From Candidatus Poriferisocius sp. (lineage in GTDB: Bacteria > Actinomycetota > Acidimicrobiia > Acidimicrobiales > Bin134), in the NCBI GenBank assembly GCA_965221865.1, contig OZ244918.1, forward strand, positions 1,896,696-1,960,695: DNA of 64,000 bases, read 5' to 3'. The stretch's first letter is position 1. Each line of letters starts with the position of its first letter. The position numbers were made by a program, and so were the translations under genes. A model generated the notes under the pieces. The model did not search any database. It had not been told where the DNA came from and worked only from the letters and a program-made list of their open reading frames with translations. Positions 9,901 to 21,336 of the stretch are shown piece after piece.

Positions 9901-11721
9901 ATGGCCTTGCACAATTTAATGCTCGCACAATCAGCCATGACCGACAAGCAAGTTATGGCCTTAGCGGTTGCTTGCGTAGCCGGTGCTTGGTGGTCGGCAG
10001 CACTTCCGCTTATCCCCGCTATTTTGTTGGCAGTACTAGCGGTGCTTATGCGCTGGCCATGGGTTTTAGTGCTAGCGGTTTTGCTGGCTAGCTCAGCATT
10101 AGGTTCTAGAGCGTGGGCTGGTTTGTATCCACTTGAGCCCGGCGCATTAGCCACTAACACAGCCAACACAACAAAACAAGCAACCCTAGTGTCCGATCCA
10201 GTGCCAATAGGTGCTGGCATGAGGGTGCTAGTGCGAATCGACGGGCGCCGTTATGAGGCTTGGGCTTACGGCGCGCCAGCCCGTCAACTTGCTAACAGGC
10301 TTACAGGTGATCGCATTTCCATCGGTGGCACTGTGCGCCCCATAGAGCCTTTGCCCACCTATCAGGCTGCTCGCCACATAGCTAACCGCCTCAACATACA
10401 GCACATTTCGCAGCACAGCAGCGGTTCTTTGCCTTATCGCTTGGCCAACTGGTTACGCCGCACAATCTCTACAGGCGCCCAGTCTTTAGACGCCGACCGT
10501 CACAGCCTTTTCACCGGCTTATCTTACGGTGATGACCGCTACCAATCACCGGTAGTGTCAGACGATTTCCAAGCTGCTGGCCTCACCCATTTGCTAGCAG
10601 TGTCCGGCCAAAACGTAGCTTTTGTGCTCATCTTGGCACGTCCGTTTATTCAGCGTTTTGGCTTCCGAGGACGCTGGGTGCTCACTTTAGGGGTTATTGC
10701 TTTTTTTGCTGTAGTAACCCGCTTTGAACCTTCGGTGCTGCGAGCTACCGTAATGGCAGCTATTGCAGCTACTGCCACCTTATTGGGGCGTGAAACATCT
10801 AGCCGCCGAGTGTTAGCCCTTGCTGTAGCCCTGTTGGTGCTAATCGACCCTTTGTTAGTTCATTCAGTGGCATTTCGCTTATCAGTAGCAGCTTCGGCTG
10901 GTATTATTTTGTGGTCAGCACCTTTAGCCGGACGGCTTTGGGGGCCCCGCCTATTGCGGGAGGCAATGGCTGTTACCATTGCTGCTCAACTAGCAGTGTC
11001 GCCTTTGCTTATTGCTACCTTTGGGGGCGTGCCGGTGGCATCTTTGCCTGCAAACTTGTTAGCCGCACCAGTAGCAGGACCGATCATGATGTGGAGCTTG
11101 TCGGCTGGGGTGGTTGCTGGCGTTGTAGGAGGCCCCTTAGCGCAACTCATTCACTGGCCGACTGGATTGGCTATTGGTTGGATCCACGGTGTGGCTAGTT
11201 GGGCGGCCACAGTGAGGTTGGGCGAGCTAAGCGCATCACACCTTGTAGTGGTTGCTGTTGGCGCAGTTATCTGGTGGCTGAGCAACCGCCAGGTTTTGCG
11301 AGCGGTAGCAGCTGTTGGGCTCATAACAGCGCTTTTGCTGCCTGCGGTGGTTGTGCGGGTTACCACACCGCCTTTTCACATGGTGCTTGCATCAGAAACT
11401 CACCTATGGCGACAGAACAACAGCACCATAGTGTTGTTAGGCCCCAACCGCTCGGCAGAAAGGCTGCTAGCAGATTTACGCAGTGCTGGCGTGCAGTCGG
11501 TGGATTTAGTAGTAGCCGATAGGGGTAATCGCGCGCAACGCAATCAGATATTAGCGCTGAAAGAGCGTATGTGGGTGGGAGCAGTGGTGGCTCCGCCCGG
11601 TCACAAAATAGGAGGTGCCAGCACAGTTCAAGCTAAACAGCGCATACAGGTTGGCTCACTAGTAGCAGACATCACATCGCATGATCCCCGCCTAGAACTC
11701 CAAATCCGTGCAACAAACTAA
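9901..11721 (+). CDS. comEC: ComEC/Rec2-family competence channel protein
   Basis: 606 aa, polytopic. Competence-domain motif ..FQAAGLTHLLAVSGQNVAF.. Lies directly after comEA. Confidence 0.8.
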   Translation: MALHNLMLAQSAMTDKQVMALAVACVAGAWWSAALPLIPAILLAVLAVLMRWPWVLVLAVLLASSALGSRAWAGLYPLEPGALATNTANTTKQATLVSDPVPIGAGMRVLVRIDGRRYEAWAYGAPARQLANRLTGDRISIGGTVRPIEPLPTYQAARHIANRLNIQHISQHSSGSLPYRLANWLRRTISTGAQSLDADRHSLFTGLSYGDDRYQSPVVSDDFQAAGLTHLLAVSGQNVAFVLILARPFIQRFGFRGRWVLTLGVIAFFAVVTRFEPSVLRATVMAAIAATATLLGRETSSRRVLALAVALLVLIDPLLVHSVAFRLSVAASAGIILWSAPLAGRLWGPRLLREAMAVTIAAQLAVSPLLIATFGGVPVASLPANLLAAPVAGPIMMWSLSAGVVAGVVGGPLAQLIHWPTGLAIGWIHGVASWAATVRLGELSASHLVVVAVGAVIWWLSNRQVLRAVAAVGLITALLLPAVVVRVTTPPFHMVLASETHLWRQNNSTIVLLGPNRSAERLLADLRSAGVQSVDLVVADRGNRAQRNQILALKERMWVGAVVAPPGHKIGGASTVQAKQRIQVGSLVADITSHDPRLELQIRATN

Positions 11722-11911
11722 TCGCTGGTCTACTAATCTGATTAAGATTTAAAGCCAAAGTCTTAATCAGTGAAGTTGCTATTAAGAAAAGTTTAATCAT
11801 GCTAAGAGGCCAAACCGGCACTTATGCCGTTAGCAGATACAGAGACGAACAAGTGCGAGCTTTTTACCGTATCCGCTTCCACCTGATCCCCCACTGCAAC
11901 TACAAGGTAGT

Positions 11912-12964
11912 TTGCTACAAGCTCTTGAGGCCGCAACCTTTGCTGTAGGTCGCCTTAACGGTATCTCTACATTGCTCCCAGACAAGACCTTGTTTTTGTA
12001 TCACTATGTCCGCAAAGAAGCGGTTTTGTCCTCACAGATTGAAGGTATCCAATCTTCTTTAGCCGATCTTCTCCAGCACGAAAATGCAGGGGTACCCGGC
12101 GTACCTGAAGATGATGTTGCAGAGGTGTCTTGCTATGTAGCTGCTATGGAACATGGCTTGGCAAGGTTGCGTCATGATGATTTTCCCTTGTCCAATCGTT
12201 TGATTCGCGAAGTCCACGCAGTGCTGCTTTCATCTGGTAGGGGCAGCAACCTAGCTCCAGGAGAGTTTCGGCAAACCCAAAATTGGATTGGGGGAACTAG
12301 GCCAGGCACCGCCAACTTTGTGCCTCCTCCGCCTAGTGAAGTGCAAAACTGTATGGGAGCACTAGAGCGTTATCTGCATCAAACATCCGATAGGTTGCCA
12401 GCACTCATCAGGGTTGGTTTAGCTCATGTGCAGTTAGAAACAATTCACCCTTTTCTAGATGGAAACGGTCGTTTGGGGAGGTTGTTAATCATGTTCTTGC
12501 TTTGTGAGGCTGGTTTACTCCAAGACCCTTTGTTGTACTTGAGTTTGTATCTCAAGCAACATTGTTCCACTTACTATGAGTTGTTAAACAAAGTGCGCTA
12601 TCAAGGTCAGTGGGAGGAGTGGTTGAGCTTCTTTTTGGAGGGCGTGCGGGTTGTGTCAGATGGTGCTTTTACCACTGCCACAAACCTCACAGACATGTTT
12701 GTCCACCACCGCCAAAGCATTGCAACTTTAGGTCGTAGCGCTAAGGGTGCTTTGCGTATTCATGAGAGCTTCATGCGGCTTCCCATTCGCACGATTCCTG
12801 ATGTGGCTAAAGACACAGGGCTCACATACCCGGGGGCTGCAGCTGGTGTGCAGCGTCTCGTGGATGTGGGCATCATAAACGAGGCCACAGGCACATGGAA
12901 AACAAAAACTTTTACCTACAGCAGCTATTTGGATGTGCTAGCAGAGGGCACCGAACCGCTTTAG
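11912..12964 (+). CDS. Fic-family protein (AMPylase family)
   Basis: Fic motif HPFLDGNGRLGRLL, a Fic_N-type N-terminus (LPDKTLFLYHYVRKEAVLSSQIEG) and a C-terminal wHTH-like tail. About 35 additional N-terminal codons are encoded upstream but out of frame (see findings). Confidence 0.8.
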   Translation: MLQALEAATFAVGRLNGISTLLPDKTLFLYHYVRKEAVLSSQIEGIQSSLADLLQHENAGVPGVPEDDVAEVSCYVAAMEHGLARLRHDDFPLSNRLIREVHAVLLSSGRGSNLAPGEFRQTQNWIGGTRPGTANFVPPPPSEVQNCMGALERYLHQTSDRLPALIRVGLAHVQLETIHPFLDGNGRLGRLLIMFLLCEAGLLQDPLLYLSLYLKQHCSTYYELLNKVRYQGQWEEWLSFFLEGVRVVSDGAFTTATNLTDMFVHHRQSIATLGRSAKGALRIHESFMRLPIRTIPDVAKDTGLTYPGAAAGVQRLVDVGIINEATGTWKTKTFTYSSYLDVLAEGTEPL

Positions 12965-12978
12965 AGTGTAGCGTTGCA

Positions 12979-13827
12979 GTGGTGATTTTAGAGCTGGGTC
13001 CACATCGCTACGACGTAACCACTCGGGCGTTAGTAATGGGCATTTTAAATCGCACGCCAGACTCTTTCTATGACGCTGGTCAGTATTGGAACTTTGAACA
13101 GTTTTTAGCTAAAGCCGATCAACTTGTGTTGGAAGGGGCAGATATTTTGGATGTCGGCGGGGTTAAAGCTGGGCCAGGCCCTGAGGTAACCGAAGCCGAG
13201 GAGATGGAACGGGTGGTGCCCGCCATCGAAGCGTTGCGGCAACGCTTCGACATACCTTTATCCGTGGATACTTGGCGAGCTTCGGTGGCACGTGAGTGTT
13301 ACGCCGCTGGAGCAGTAGTAGGCAATGATATTAGCGGTTTTGCAGATCCCAACTATCTCGCAGAAGCAGCGCAAGCGGGTGCTTCGGTTGTGGCCTGCCA
13401 TGTGCGCTTAGCCCCGAGAGTGGCCGACCCTGAGCCTGTCTACAAAGACTTAGTTGCGGACATAAGCAGTTTTTTAAGCCTGCGCGCGCAGCGTGCTGTT
13501 CAAGCTGGCATTGCCCCGCAGCGGGTGATGTTGGATGTTGGGCACGACCTCGGTAAAACCCCGCAGATGTCGGCAGAGTTGTTACGTCGCAGCGACGAGT
13601 TGGTGGCTCTTGGCTATCCTATGTTCTTATCGGTTTCCAACAAGGGTTTCTTGGGCACGCTGAGCGGCACCACAGTAGATGATCGCCGTGAGATAACCGT
13701 GGCAGCACATGGGCTAGGAATAACCCGTGGATATCGTATTTTGCGTGCTCATGATGTGGCGGGCACGCGTCGTGTAGCCGACTTTATGAGTGAGATACTG
13801 CAATATCAGCAGTTTGTTACCCCATGA
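12979..13827 (+). CDS. folP: dihydropteroate synthase
   Basis: MGILNRTPDSFYDAG.., ..DILDVGG.., ..SVDT.. pterin-binding motifs. Start moved from 12895 to GTG 12979 to remove the overlap with fic. Confidence 0.85.
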   Translation: MVILELGPHRYDVTTRALVMGILNRTPDSFYDAGQYWNFEQFLAKADQLVLEGADILDVGGVKAGPGPEVTEAEEMERVVPAIEALRQRFDIPLSVDTWRASVARECYAAGAVVGNDISGFADPNYLAEAAQAGASVVACHVRLAPRVADPEPVYKDLVADISSFLSLRAQRAVQAGIAPQRVMLDVGHDLGKTPQMSAELLRRSDELVALGYPMFLSVSNKGFLGTLSGTTVDDRREITVAAHGLGITRGYRILRAHDVAGTRRVADFMSEILQYQQFVTP

Positions 13828-14837
13828 GCGCTACCGTTGTGTTGCTACATGGGGGCGATGAGGTGCTGTTGTCCCAAGCGGTGCGCGAGCGGGTAGCGCA
13901 GCTAGTAGGCGATGGCGACCGCGGCCTCATGGTGGCCGAACTGCAAGAAGCGGCATATCTAAAAGATGAAGAGTATGAGATATATCCATTGGTAGATGCT
14001 GCGCAAACCCCTCCGTTTCTGAGTGCTCGGCGAGTGGTGGTAGCCCGGGAACTAGGGCGTTTTTCTAAAAAGGAAGCACTTAACCCGCTGCTCACCTATC
14101 TTGTAGACCCCCTAGATAGCACTGATTTGGTTTTAGTTTGGGAAAAAGGCCCGGCTTTGCAAAGGATGAACCCACTGCCCAAACAGCTTGTAGATGCTGT
14201 CGTTAGCGCAGGGGGTGAGGTGCTCAGTGCGGGTGTTCCTAAAGGCCGTGACGGTAGCTCTAAATGGTTAGATGAACAGGTTAAAGCTGCTGGGTTACGT
14301 TTGCGCCCTGGAGCCAAGCGTCTTTTACTTGGTCATTTAGGAGAAGATCTCAGCCGCTTACCCTCGCTGCTAGCAATATTTTCGGCAGCTTTAGGCAGCG
14401 AGCACGTGTTAGAGGCAGATGATATAGCTCCTTTTATAGGTCAAAGTGGAGCGGTGCCTCCCTGGGAGTTAACCGATGCTATTGAATCGGGGCAGATTGG
14501 CGATGCCATCGCCAAATTAGGGCGTATGCTCAACGCCGGGGATCGTACCGAAATGCAAGTTTTAGCCGGGCTTTATAATCATTTCAGTAGGCTGTTGCAT
14601 TTAGATGGCGCACAGGTAACTAACGAAACCCAAGCCGCTGAGATGCTTGGCCTGAAAGGCTCCACTTTTCCTGCAAAAAAAGCCTTACAACAGTCCCGCA
14701 AGCTAGGGTCACAAAAAGTCGCCCGATCTATAGAGCTGTTAGCTCAAGCGGATTTAGATTTGCGAGGGGCTACGGCTATGCCGCCCGTAGCAGTATTAGA
14801 AGTGTTGGTAGCTCGGCTAACGCAGATGAACCGTTAA
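13824..14837 (+). CDS. holA: DNA polymerase III subunit delta
   Basis: 337 aa in the conserved comEC/holA/rpsT/lepA neighbourhood. N-terminal clamp-loader-like region. ATGA overlap with folP. Confidence 0.7.
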   Translation: MSATVVLLHGGDEVLLSQAVRERVAQLVGDGDRGLMVAELQEAAYLKDEEYEIYPLVDAAQTPPFLSARRVVVARELGRFSKKEALNPLLTYLVDPLDSTDLVLVWEKGPALQRMNPLPKQLVDAVVSAGGEVLSAGVPKGRDGSSKWLDEQVKAAGLRLRPGAKRLLLGHLGEDLSRLPSLLAIFSAALGSEHVLEADDIAPFIGQSGAVPPWELTDAIESGQIGDAIAKLGRMLNAGDRTEMQVLAGLYNHFSRLLHLDGAQVTNETQAAEMLGLKGSTFPAKKALQQSRKLGSQKVARSIELLAQADLDLRGATAMPPVAVLEVLVARLTQMNR

Positions 14838-14876
14838 CGCTGCTCATTGAGGTTAGCTACAGTAGCTAGCTTATAA

Positions 14877-15149
14877 CTACTGGGCTTTTGCTAGCTGTTT
14901 CAGCAAGCGCGACTTTTTGCGGGCTGCTGTGTTGCGATGCAAAACGCCTTTAGCAGCAGCTTTGTCGATGCGTTTGATGGCTAGCCGAGTTGCTTCAGCT
15001 GTTTCGTCAGAGTCACCCCTCTGTGCTGTTTCTATAGCGTTGCGGGTGCGGGTATTAATTTCTGAGCGTATTGCGCGGTTACGAAGTCTGCGTTTTTCGT
15101 TTTGGCGATTACGCTTTATTTGGCTCTTAATGTTTGCCACAGAACTCAA
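14877..15149 (-). CDS. rpsT: 30S ribosomal protein S20
   Basis: 90 aa and basic. MSSVANIKSQIKRNRQNEKRRLRNRA.. is a typical S20 N-terminus. Confidence 0.9.
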   Translation of the reverse strand: MSSVANIKSQIKRNRQNEKRRLRNRAIRSEINTRTRNAIETAQRGDSDETAEATRLAIKRIDKAAAKGVLHRNTAARKKSRLLKQLAKAQ

Positions 15150-15171
15150 ATTGTAGCGTGTTTAGAGGCTC

Positions 15172-16956
15172 ATGCAACTTTCTCACATCCGTAACACTTC
15201 AATTATTGCCCACATTGACCACGGCAAGTCCACATTGGCCGATCGCATGCTGGAGATTTGTGGGGCGGTAGATCCCCGTGAGATGCGCGCGCAGTTTTTA
15301 GATTCCATGGATCTTGAACGAGAGCGAGGTATCACCATCAAGCTTCAAAGCGTTCGTTTAGAACACAGGGGATATGTGATTAATCTGATTGACACACCAG
15401 GTCATGTGGACTTTGGTTACGAGGTGAGCCGTTCGTTAGCTGCGTGTGAGTCGGTGATACTGCTAGTAGATGCCGCTCAAGGGATTGAGGCACAAACTTT
15501 AGCTAACTGCTACCTTGCGTTGGAGAATGACTTAGAGGTGCTAGTTGCGCTTAACAAAATTGACCTGCCTGCAGCTGAACCTGAGCGCCGTACACAAGAA
15601 ATCGAGCAAGTGCTAGGCGTGGCCACCGCAGATGTGTTGCATATCAGCGCTAAAACTGGCAGCGGGGTGCCAGAGTTGTTAAATGCTGTGTTAGAACGCA
15701 CTCCCGCACCGCAAGGTGACCCTAACGCGCCGCTGCAAGCATTGATCTTTGATTCTCATTTTGATCAGTATCGAGGCGTGGTTAGTTCGGTGCGGGTGAT
15801 GAACGGCAGGTTGTCTGCAGGTGAGAAAATCCGCTTTATGCAGGCCCGTAGCGAGCGGGAAGCCGATGAGGTTGGGGTGTGGCTTCCCGACCCTACCCAA
15901 ATCGCTGAGCTTGGCCCAGGTGAGGTGGGTTACCTCATTGCGGGGATGAAGAACGTGGCGCAAGCCCGCTCTGGTGAAACAGTTACCACCGTTCGCAACG
16001 GTGCAGCCGAAGCATTAGCTGGCTATCAAGAGCCTAAGTCCATGGTGTTCTGTGGGCTGTATCCCGTAGATGGAGATGAGTTCGCTGCGCTACGCGATTC
16101 TTTAGAGCGCTTGCGGGTAAACGACTCTAGTTTCAATTATCAGCCTGAGTCCTCTGGGGCTTTAGGTTTTGGTTTCCGCTGTGGTTTTTTGGGTTTGTTG
16201 CATATGGAGATCGTGCGTGAGCGTCTTGAGAGAGAGTTTGGCTTGAGTCTTATATCTACTGCGCCTTCGGTGGCTTATTTAGTAGAACTTTCTAACGGTC
16301 AAGAGATAGAGGTGGATAATCCCTCTGCGATGCCTCCCGCATCTGAGGTGCAGGCAATTCGCGAACCAATGCTGTTGGCTACCATTATTGCTCCTGCAAC
16401 TTATACCGGCACTTTGATGGAGTTATGTCAAGCCCGGCGTGGGGAGATGCGCAAGATGGAGTACCTCTCGCCTGAGAGGGTGGAGTTGGGTTACCGCCTC
16501 CCGTTAGCAGAGGTAGTGGTGGACTTTTTTGATCAACTCAAAAGTCGCACTCAGGGCTATGCCAGTTTGGATTATGAACCCGATGGCTATGTCACTTCCG
16601 ATCTCACTAAAGTAGATATTTTATTGCAACACGCTCCTGTGGATGCGTTTAGTTCAATTGTGCATCGTAGTGATGCTTATAGCTATGGCCGCCGTATGAC
16701 CAGCAAACTTCGCGAGTTAATTCCGCGCCAGCAGTTTGATGTGCCAATACAGGCGGCTATTGGCGGCAAAATTATTGCCCGCGAAACGGTCAAGGCATTC
16801 CGCAAGGATGTCACTGCCAAACTTTATGGAGGGGACATCACCCGCAAACGTAAATTGTTGGAGAACCAAAAAGCTGGCAAGAAAAAGATGAAAGCTATAG
16901 GGCGGGTGGATGTGCCCCAAGAAGCTTTTATTGCCGCCTTGCGTTTGGATGATTAG
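15172..16956 (+). CDS. lepA: translation elongation factor 4
   Basis: GTPase motifs [21 protein letters not shown], and the LepA-specific C-terminal domain (..[18 protein letters not shown]..). Confidence 0.95.
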   Translation: MQLSHIRNTSIIAHIDHGKSTLADRMLEICGAVDPREMRAQFLDSMDLERERGITIKLQSVRLEHRGYVINLIDTPGHVDFGYEVSRSLAACESVILLVDAAQGIEAQTLANCYLALENDLEVLVALNKIDLPAAEPERRTQEIEQVLGVATADVLHISAKTGSGVPELLNAVLERTPAPQGDPNAPLQALIFDSHFDQYRGVVSSVRVMNGRLSAGEKIRFMQARSEREADEVGVWLPDPTQIAELGPGEVGYLIAGMKNVAQARSGETVTTVRNGAAEALAGYQEPKSMVFCGLYPVDGDEFAALRDSLERLRVNDSSFNYQPESSGALGFGFRCGFLGLLHMEIVRERLEREFGLSLISTAPSVAYLVELSNGQEIEVDNPSAMPPASEVQAIREPMLLATIIAPATYTGTLMELCQARRGEMRKMEYLSPERVELGYRLPLAEVVVDFFDQLKSRTQGYASLDYEPDGYVTSDLTKVDILLQHAPVDAFSSIVHRSDAYSYGRRMTSKLRELIPRQQFDVPIQAAIGGKIIARETVKAFRKDVTAKLYGGDITRKRKLLENQKAGKKKMKAIGRVDVPQEAFIAALRLDD

Positions 16957-16968
16957 TAAAATGATGCA

Positions 16969-17997
16969 ATGACCGTCCAAACCGAGACGCTGTCTGCCCG
17001 CAAAGCGGCGGTGCTGCGAGCTGTAGTGGAAGGCTACATTTCTACCACGCAGCCTGTTGGATCTAGCCATGTTTCGGAGATAGCCGACCTTCAGGTATCT
17101 TCAGCTACTGTCCGCAATGAAATGCTGGCTTTAGAACAGGCTGGCTATTTGCATCAACCTCACACTAGTGCGGGTCGCATACCTACTGAGAAAGGTTATC
17201 GCCACTTTGTGAACTCTCTCACTGATGGCTCGGCAAAGGATGCTTCAGTGAAATTGGGGCGCAATAAACACCAGCAGGTGAAAGAGTTCTTCCACACTTC
17301 TTGCAATGAGTTAGAGCAAATGTTGGCCGATACTAGTGCTCTTTTAGCTGATCTAACCGCCTATGCCGCCCTCGTGGTTGCACCAGAGCATGGCAGCGCC
17401 AAGATTCGCTCGGTTAGTTTGGTAGACCTCTCGGAGCATCTTGTTTTGGTTTTGGTGGTGTATGACAACGGCTCGGTAGATAAGCGCACTATAGAGATGG
17501 AAACGCCACCCGATTGTGTTGAGTTAGCGCGGGCTGCGCAAGTGCTTACCGATGTGTTGAGTGGAAGGTCGGCTGTGGAGTTGAGCGGTGGTATAACAGA
17601 TTCTTGTCTCACACCTTTTGCTGCCAAAGTGCTAGATGTTTTAGCCAATTTAGACGGTGCTCAAGATCAACTTTATGTAGGCGGTACAGCCAGCGTAGCT
17701 AGCTTGTTTGATGCCGCTGATACTGTACGGTCGGTTTTGGGAATACTAGAAAAGCAGTTGGTGGTTGTGACCTTAGTGAAAGATATTTTGGATCGAGGTT
17801 TGAATGTGGCTATAGGCACAGAAACGGGTGTGGCTCCTTTGGCGGAGTGTTCTTTGATTGTGGCACCTTATGAGGTGGACGGCCAGGCGGTAGGCTCTAT
17901 AGGGGTGTTAGGCCCGACCCGTATGAATTATCCTCAAGCCTTAGCTGCGGTAGCAGTGGTAAGCCGTAATCTTGGAAATCGTTTGTCCTCTTTTTAA
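16969..17997 (+). CDS. hrcA: heat-inducible transcription repressor HrcA
   Basis: LSARKAAVLRAVVEGYISTTQPVGS..ATVRNEMLALEQAGYLHQPHTSAGRIPT is the HrcA wHTH signature. Lies upstream of dnaJ. Confidence 0.9.
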   Translation: MTVQTETLSARKAAVLRAVVEGYISTTQPVGSSHVSEIADLQVSSATVRNEMLALEQAGYLHQPHTSAGRIPTEKGYRHFVNSLTDGSAKDASVKLGRNKHQQVKEFFHTSCNELEQMLADTSALLADLTAYAALVVAPEHGSAKIRSVSLVDLSEHLVLVLVVYDNGSVDKRTIEMETPPDCVELARAAQVLTDVLSGRSAVELSGGITDSCLTPFAAKVLDVLANLDGAQDQLYVGGTASVASLFDAADTVRSVLGILEKQLVVVTLVKDILDRGLNVAIGTETGVAPLAECSLIVAPYEVDGQAVGSIGVLGPTRMNYPQALAAVAVVSRNLGNRLSSF

Positions 17998-18017
17998 CTG
18001 ATGTTTGAACTCAACTA

Positions 18018-19166
18018 ATGGCTGCAGATTTTTATGACTTGCTGGGTGTGAGCCCAGATGCCACCGACGATGATTTAAAGAAGGCTTTTCGCAAGCTAGC
18101 TCGCCAGTATCATCCTGATGCTAATCCCAATAACGCTGAGGCCGAAGCTCGTTTCAAAGAGATAGCGCTTGCTTACGAAACGCTAAGCGACCCTCAAAAA
18201 AGGGCACATTACGACCGTTTTGGCAGCGCTCCTGGTACTACAGGAGGGGGCGATCCTTTTGAAGGTATGAACCTGGGTGACGTTTTTGATGCTTTTTTTG
18301 GTGGCAACAGCCCGTTTGGCACAAGCCCTTTTGGCGGGCAAGGACGCACTAGGTCGGGGCCGCAGCGAGGCGCTGATGTGGAAGCAGTGCTTACTTTAGA
18401 CTTCACCGAGGCGGTTTTGGGTGCAGATACTGAGGTGAACGTGCGTACGGCGGTTTCGTGTGAGTCGTGTGATGCCAGTGGCTCAGCGGATGGTGCTGCT
18501 CCAGTTACGTGTACTGCTTGTGGAGGTTCAGGTCAGCTGCAGCGGGTACGTCAATCCATCTTAGGGCAGATGGTTACCCGCACTGTTTGTGAGACTTGTT
18601 CAGGTTCGGGGCAAGTAATCGCTAATCCGTGTCGTGTGTGTGGCGGTGATGGTCGCATCGTCACTAATCGCGATTACACTGTTACAGTGCCTGCTGGTGT
18701 TAGCCATGGATCAACTTTGCGTGTTGCTGGTCGGGGTGCAGCAGGCCCTCGGGGAGGCCCTTATGGTGATTTGTATGCACATATTGAGGTGCGGCCTCAT
18801 TCTCGGTTTGAGCGTGAAGGTGATCATTTGTTGGGCGAGTTGCAACTCACCATGACCCAAGCAGCCCTCGGTTTTACGGTGAAATATGAGACTTTAGACA
18901 GTACCGAGGAGATAAATGTGCCCGCTGGTACACAAAGCGGACACATTTTTCAGCTTAAGAGCCACGGTGTGCCACGTTTGCAGGGCCGGGGCCGTGGCGA
19001 CATGTTGGTTCAAGCTGTGGTGGACACCCCAACAGGTCTAAATGATGAACAGATCGAGCTGCTTCGTGAGCTTGCAGAGTTACGAGGCGAAGAAGTAGCA
19101 GCCGCCTCAAACAAGCGCCGCAGGGAGGCTCGCCGGAAGCGACAACGTGAAACCAAACGGAAGTGA
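18018..19166 (+). CDS. dnaJ: molecular chaperone DnaJ
   Basis: J-domain with HPD (YHPDANP), a G/F-rich linker, and four CxxCxGxG zinc-finger repeats. Confidence 0.95.
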   Translation: MAADFYDLLGVSPDATDDDLKKAFRKLARQYHPDANPNNAEAEARFKEIALAYETLSDPQKRAHYDRFGSAPGTTGGGDPFEGMNLGDVFDAFFGGNSPFGTSPFGGQGRTRSGPQRGADVEAVLTLDFTEAVLGADTEVNVRTAVSCESCDASGSADGAAPVTCTACGGSGQLQRVRQSILGQMVTRTVCETCSGSGQVIANPCRVCGGDGRIVTNRDYTVTVPAGVSHGSTLRVAGRGAAGPRGGPYGDLYAHIEVRPHSRFEREGDHLLGELQLTMTQAALGFTVKYETLDSTEEINVPAGTQSGHIFQLKSHGVPRLQGRGRGDMLVQAVVDTPTGLNDEQIELLRELAELRGEEVAAASNKRRREARRKRQRETKRK

Positions 19167-19839
19167 CGGCCCTCACGTCTTTGTAGACGATTTGGAACGT
19201 TTAGAGTTGAGCGCAGATGATTGGCATCATCTAACTAGTGCGCTGCGGTTGCGCCCCGGTGATTCGTTTACTGCAGCAGATGGGCAGGGTTGCTGGCGGC
19301 TGTGTCGTGTGAGTACTGGTGCTACCGGTGTTGTGGAGCCTGCTGGTGAGGTGGTGTTTGTAGAAGCTGCGATGCCTCAGCTTACTATTGGGTTTGCGCT
19401 TATCAAGGGTGGGCGGCCTGAGATGGTTACACAAAAACTAACCGAGTTAGGTGTAGACAAAATTGTGCCTTTTCATACCAGCCGGAGCGTGGTGCGGTGG
19501 TCGCCAGACCGGGCAGCTCGTAACATTGCACGTTTACGGCGCGTAGCACGCGAGGCTGCCATGCAAAGTCGCCAAGTACGCATACCCGAAGTATCTCAAG
19601 TAACCGATTTTGCAGATGTAGCTGCTGGGTCTGAAAGTGCTTTATGCGACATCGGTGGTCAAGCAGCATCGTTAAGTAAAACAACCTTGTTGATTGGCCC
19701 TGAAGGAGGCTGGTCTGATGCTGAGCGTGCAAAGCTGCCATCTGTTCGTTTAAGCGATTCGGTTTTGCGTTCTGAAACGGCGGCAATAACTGCTGCAGTT
19801 TTGCTAACCGATCTTCGCTATCAGATAGCAGCACAGTGA
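19147..19839 (+). CDS. rsmE: 16S rRNA (uracil1498-N3)-methyltransferase
   Basis: RsmE pattern: ..[26 protein letters not shown].. and ..[21 protein letters not shown].. Conserved position after dnaJ. Confidence 0.8.
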   Translation: MKPNGSDGPHVFVDDLERLELSADDWHHLTSALRLRPGDSFTAADGQGCWRLCRVSTGATGVVEPAGEVVFVEAAMPQLTIGFALIKGGRPEMVTQKLTELGVDKIVPFHTSRSVVRWSPDRAARNIARLRRVAREAAMQSRQVRIPEVSQVTDFADVAAGSESALCDIGGQAASLSKTTLLIGPEGGWSDAERAKLPSVRLSDSVLRSETAAITAAVLLTDLRYQIAAQ

Positions 19840-20025
19840 ACGCGGGGACTTTAGTAGAAGAGGCTTGTTGTACCACAGCTATCTACAAAAAGAACCCCAC
19901 TATAAACCATAAAGAAGCAGAAACAAACCAAAATCCTGACCTAAGCACAACAATTCAACTACAGTACAAAAAGTTTAATAAACACAAAGTAAGCATTGCT
20001 ATGAGCTTTGCTGCGGAGGAAATTG

Positions 20026-21297
20026 ATGCCTGAGCTTTCCAGTCAGTTTATTTTTAACACCTTTGCGTTTTTGATTTGGGGTGCATTGGTGATGTGGATG
20101 TGCGCTGGTTTCACTATGTTGGAATCAGGTGCTGTTCGCACCAAGAATGCTTCCATGATCTGCTTGAAGAACATCGGCATCTACTCCATTGCAGGTTTGG
20201 CGTTTTACGTTATTGGGTACAACCTGATGTATGTAGATGTAGGCGACATTATTGGTTCTTTTAAATTTTTCTATGCAACCTCAGGCTTGGAAGAAGCATT
20301 GCTAGATGGCGATGATTCCGTGCTAGGCAGTGTTTTAGACCTCGGCTATGCCACTATGTCGGATTGGTTCTTCCAAATGGTGTTTGTGGCAACTGCAGCT
20401 TCCATCGTGTCAGGTGCCATAGCTGAGCGCATCAAAATGGGAGCTTTCTTTGCCTTTACTTTGGTGTTGACTGCGTTCATTTACCCAATTGTGGGTGCTT
20501 GGACATGGGGTGGCGGTTGGTTGGCTCAAGAGGGTTTTAGCGATTTTGCTGGGTCCACCATTGTGCATGGCACGGGCGGTTGGGCTGCTTTAGCTGGAGT
20601 GCTGGTGGTTGGTCCACGTTTGGGGAAGTTTAAGCCAGATGGCAGCGTTCGAAGCACTCCACCGTCTAATGTGTTAGTGGTAACGCTGGGTGTGTTTATT
20701 TTGTGGTTTGGCTGGTTCGGGTTTAACGGAGGATCACAACTAGCGCTAGGTACTCCTAAAGACGCTATAGCTATGACCAATGTGTTGGTGAACACAAACT
20801 TGGCGGCTGCTGCAGGCGTAGTAGCAGCACTGGCCATTTCCCGGCAGATATTAGGGCGTATCGATCTTTTTGCTGGACTTAATGGAGCTATAGCTGGTCT
20901 TGTAGCTATTACTGCTGGACCTACAATGGTAGATCATCAGTGGGCCATATTGATTGGTGCAGTTGGTGGTGTGGTCTGCACTATGGGGCTCAAGTTGATG
21001 GAGGTTATGAAAATTGATGATGTGGTGGGAGCTATTCCAGCTCACCTTTTGAGTGGAATCTGGGGCACTCTAGCAGTGACCATTGCCGCAGGCGGGCGTT
21101 TCCATATTCAACTTCTTGGCGTTGTTTCTGTGGGTGCTTTTGTGTTTGTGGTTTCGTATCTGGCATGGAAGTTGATTGATATTACAATGGGTTTGCGGGT
21201 ATCAGAAGATGTAGAGCGCATGGGTCAAGACGCAGGGGAGCTAGGTATAGAGGCTTACCCTGAGTTTGTGCTAATGCCCGAGCCTTATGATGACTAA
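20026..21297 (+). CDS. amt: ammonium transporter
   Basis: Amt/MEP signatures (..FTMLESGAVRTKN.., ..DFAGSTIVHGTGGWAAL.., ..GFNGGS..). Start set to ATG 20026, preceded by GGAGGA at 20015-20020. Confidence 0.9.
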   Translation: MPELSSQFIFNTFAFLIWGALVMWMCAGFTMLESGAVRTKNASMICLKNIGIYSIAGLAFYVIGYNLMYVDVGDIIGSFKFFYATSGLEEALLDGDDSVLGSVLDLGYATMSDWFFQMVFVATAASIVSGAIAERIKMGAFFAFTLVLTAFIYPIVGAWTWGGGWLAQEGFSDFAGSTIVHGTGGWAALAGVLVVGPRLGKFKPDGSVRSTPPSNVLVVTLGVFILWFGWFGFNGGSQLALGTPKDAIAMTNVLVNTNLAAAAGVVAALAISRQILGRIDLFAGLNGAIAGLVAITAGPTMVDHQWAILIGAVGGVVCTMGLKLMEVMKIDDVVGAIPAHLLSGIWGTLAVTIAAGGRFHIQLLGVVSVGAFVFVVSYLAWKLIDITMGLRVSEDVERMGQDAGELGIEAYPEFVLMPEPYDD

Positions 21298-21336
21298 CAG
21301 GTTAGGGGCGGATGGTCGTTATCATCGCCTAATGCT

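Noticed and set aside
9822-10220. 132-aa minus-strand ORF overlapping the comEA end and comEC start
   Set aside because: It is antisense to two well-supported genes, and its Ala-rich translation has no motif.
12895-12978. Track start of folP at 12895, overlapping the fic 3' end by 70 nt
   Set aside because: The conserved DHPS sequence begins about MGILNRTPDSF. GTG 12979/12982 gives a normal N-terminus without the overlap.
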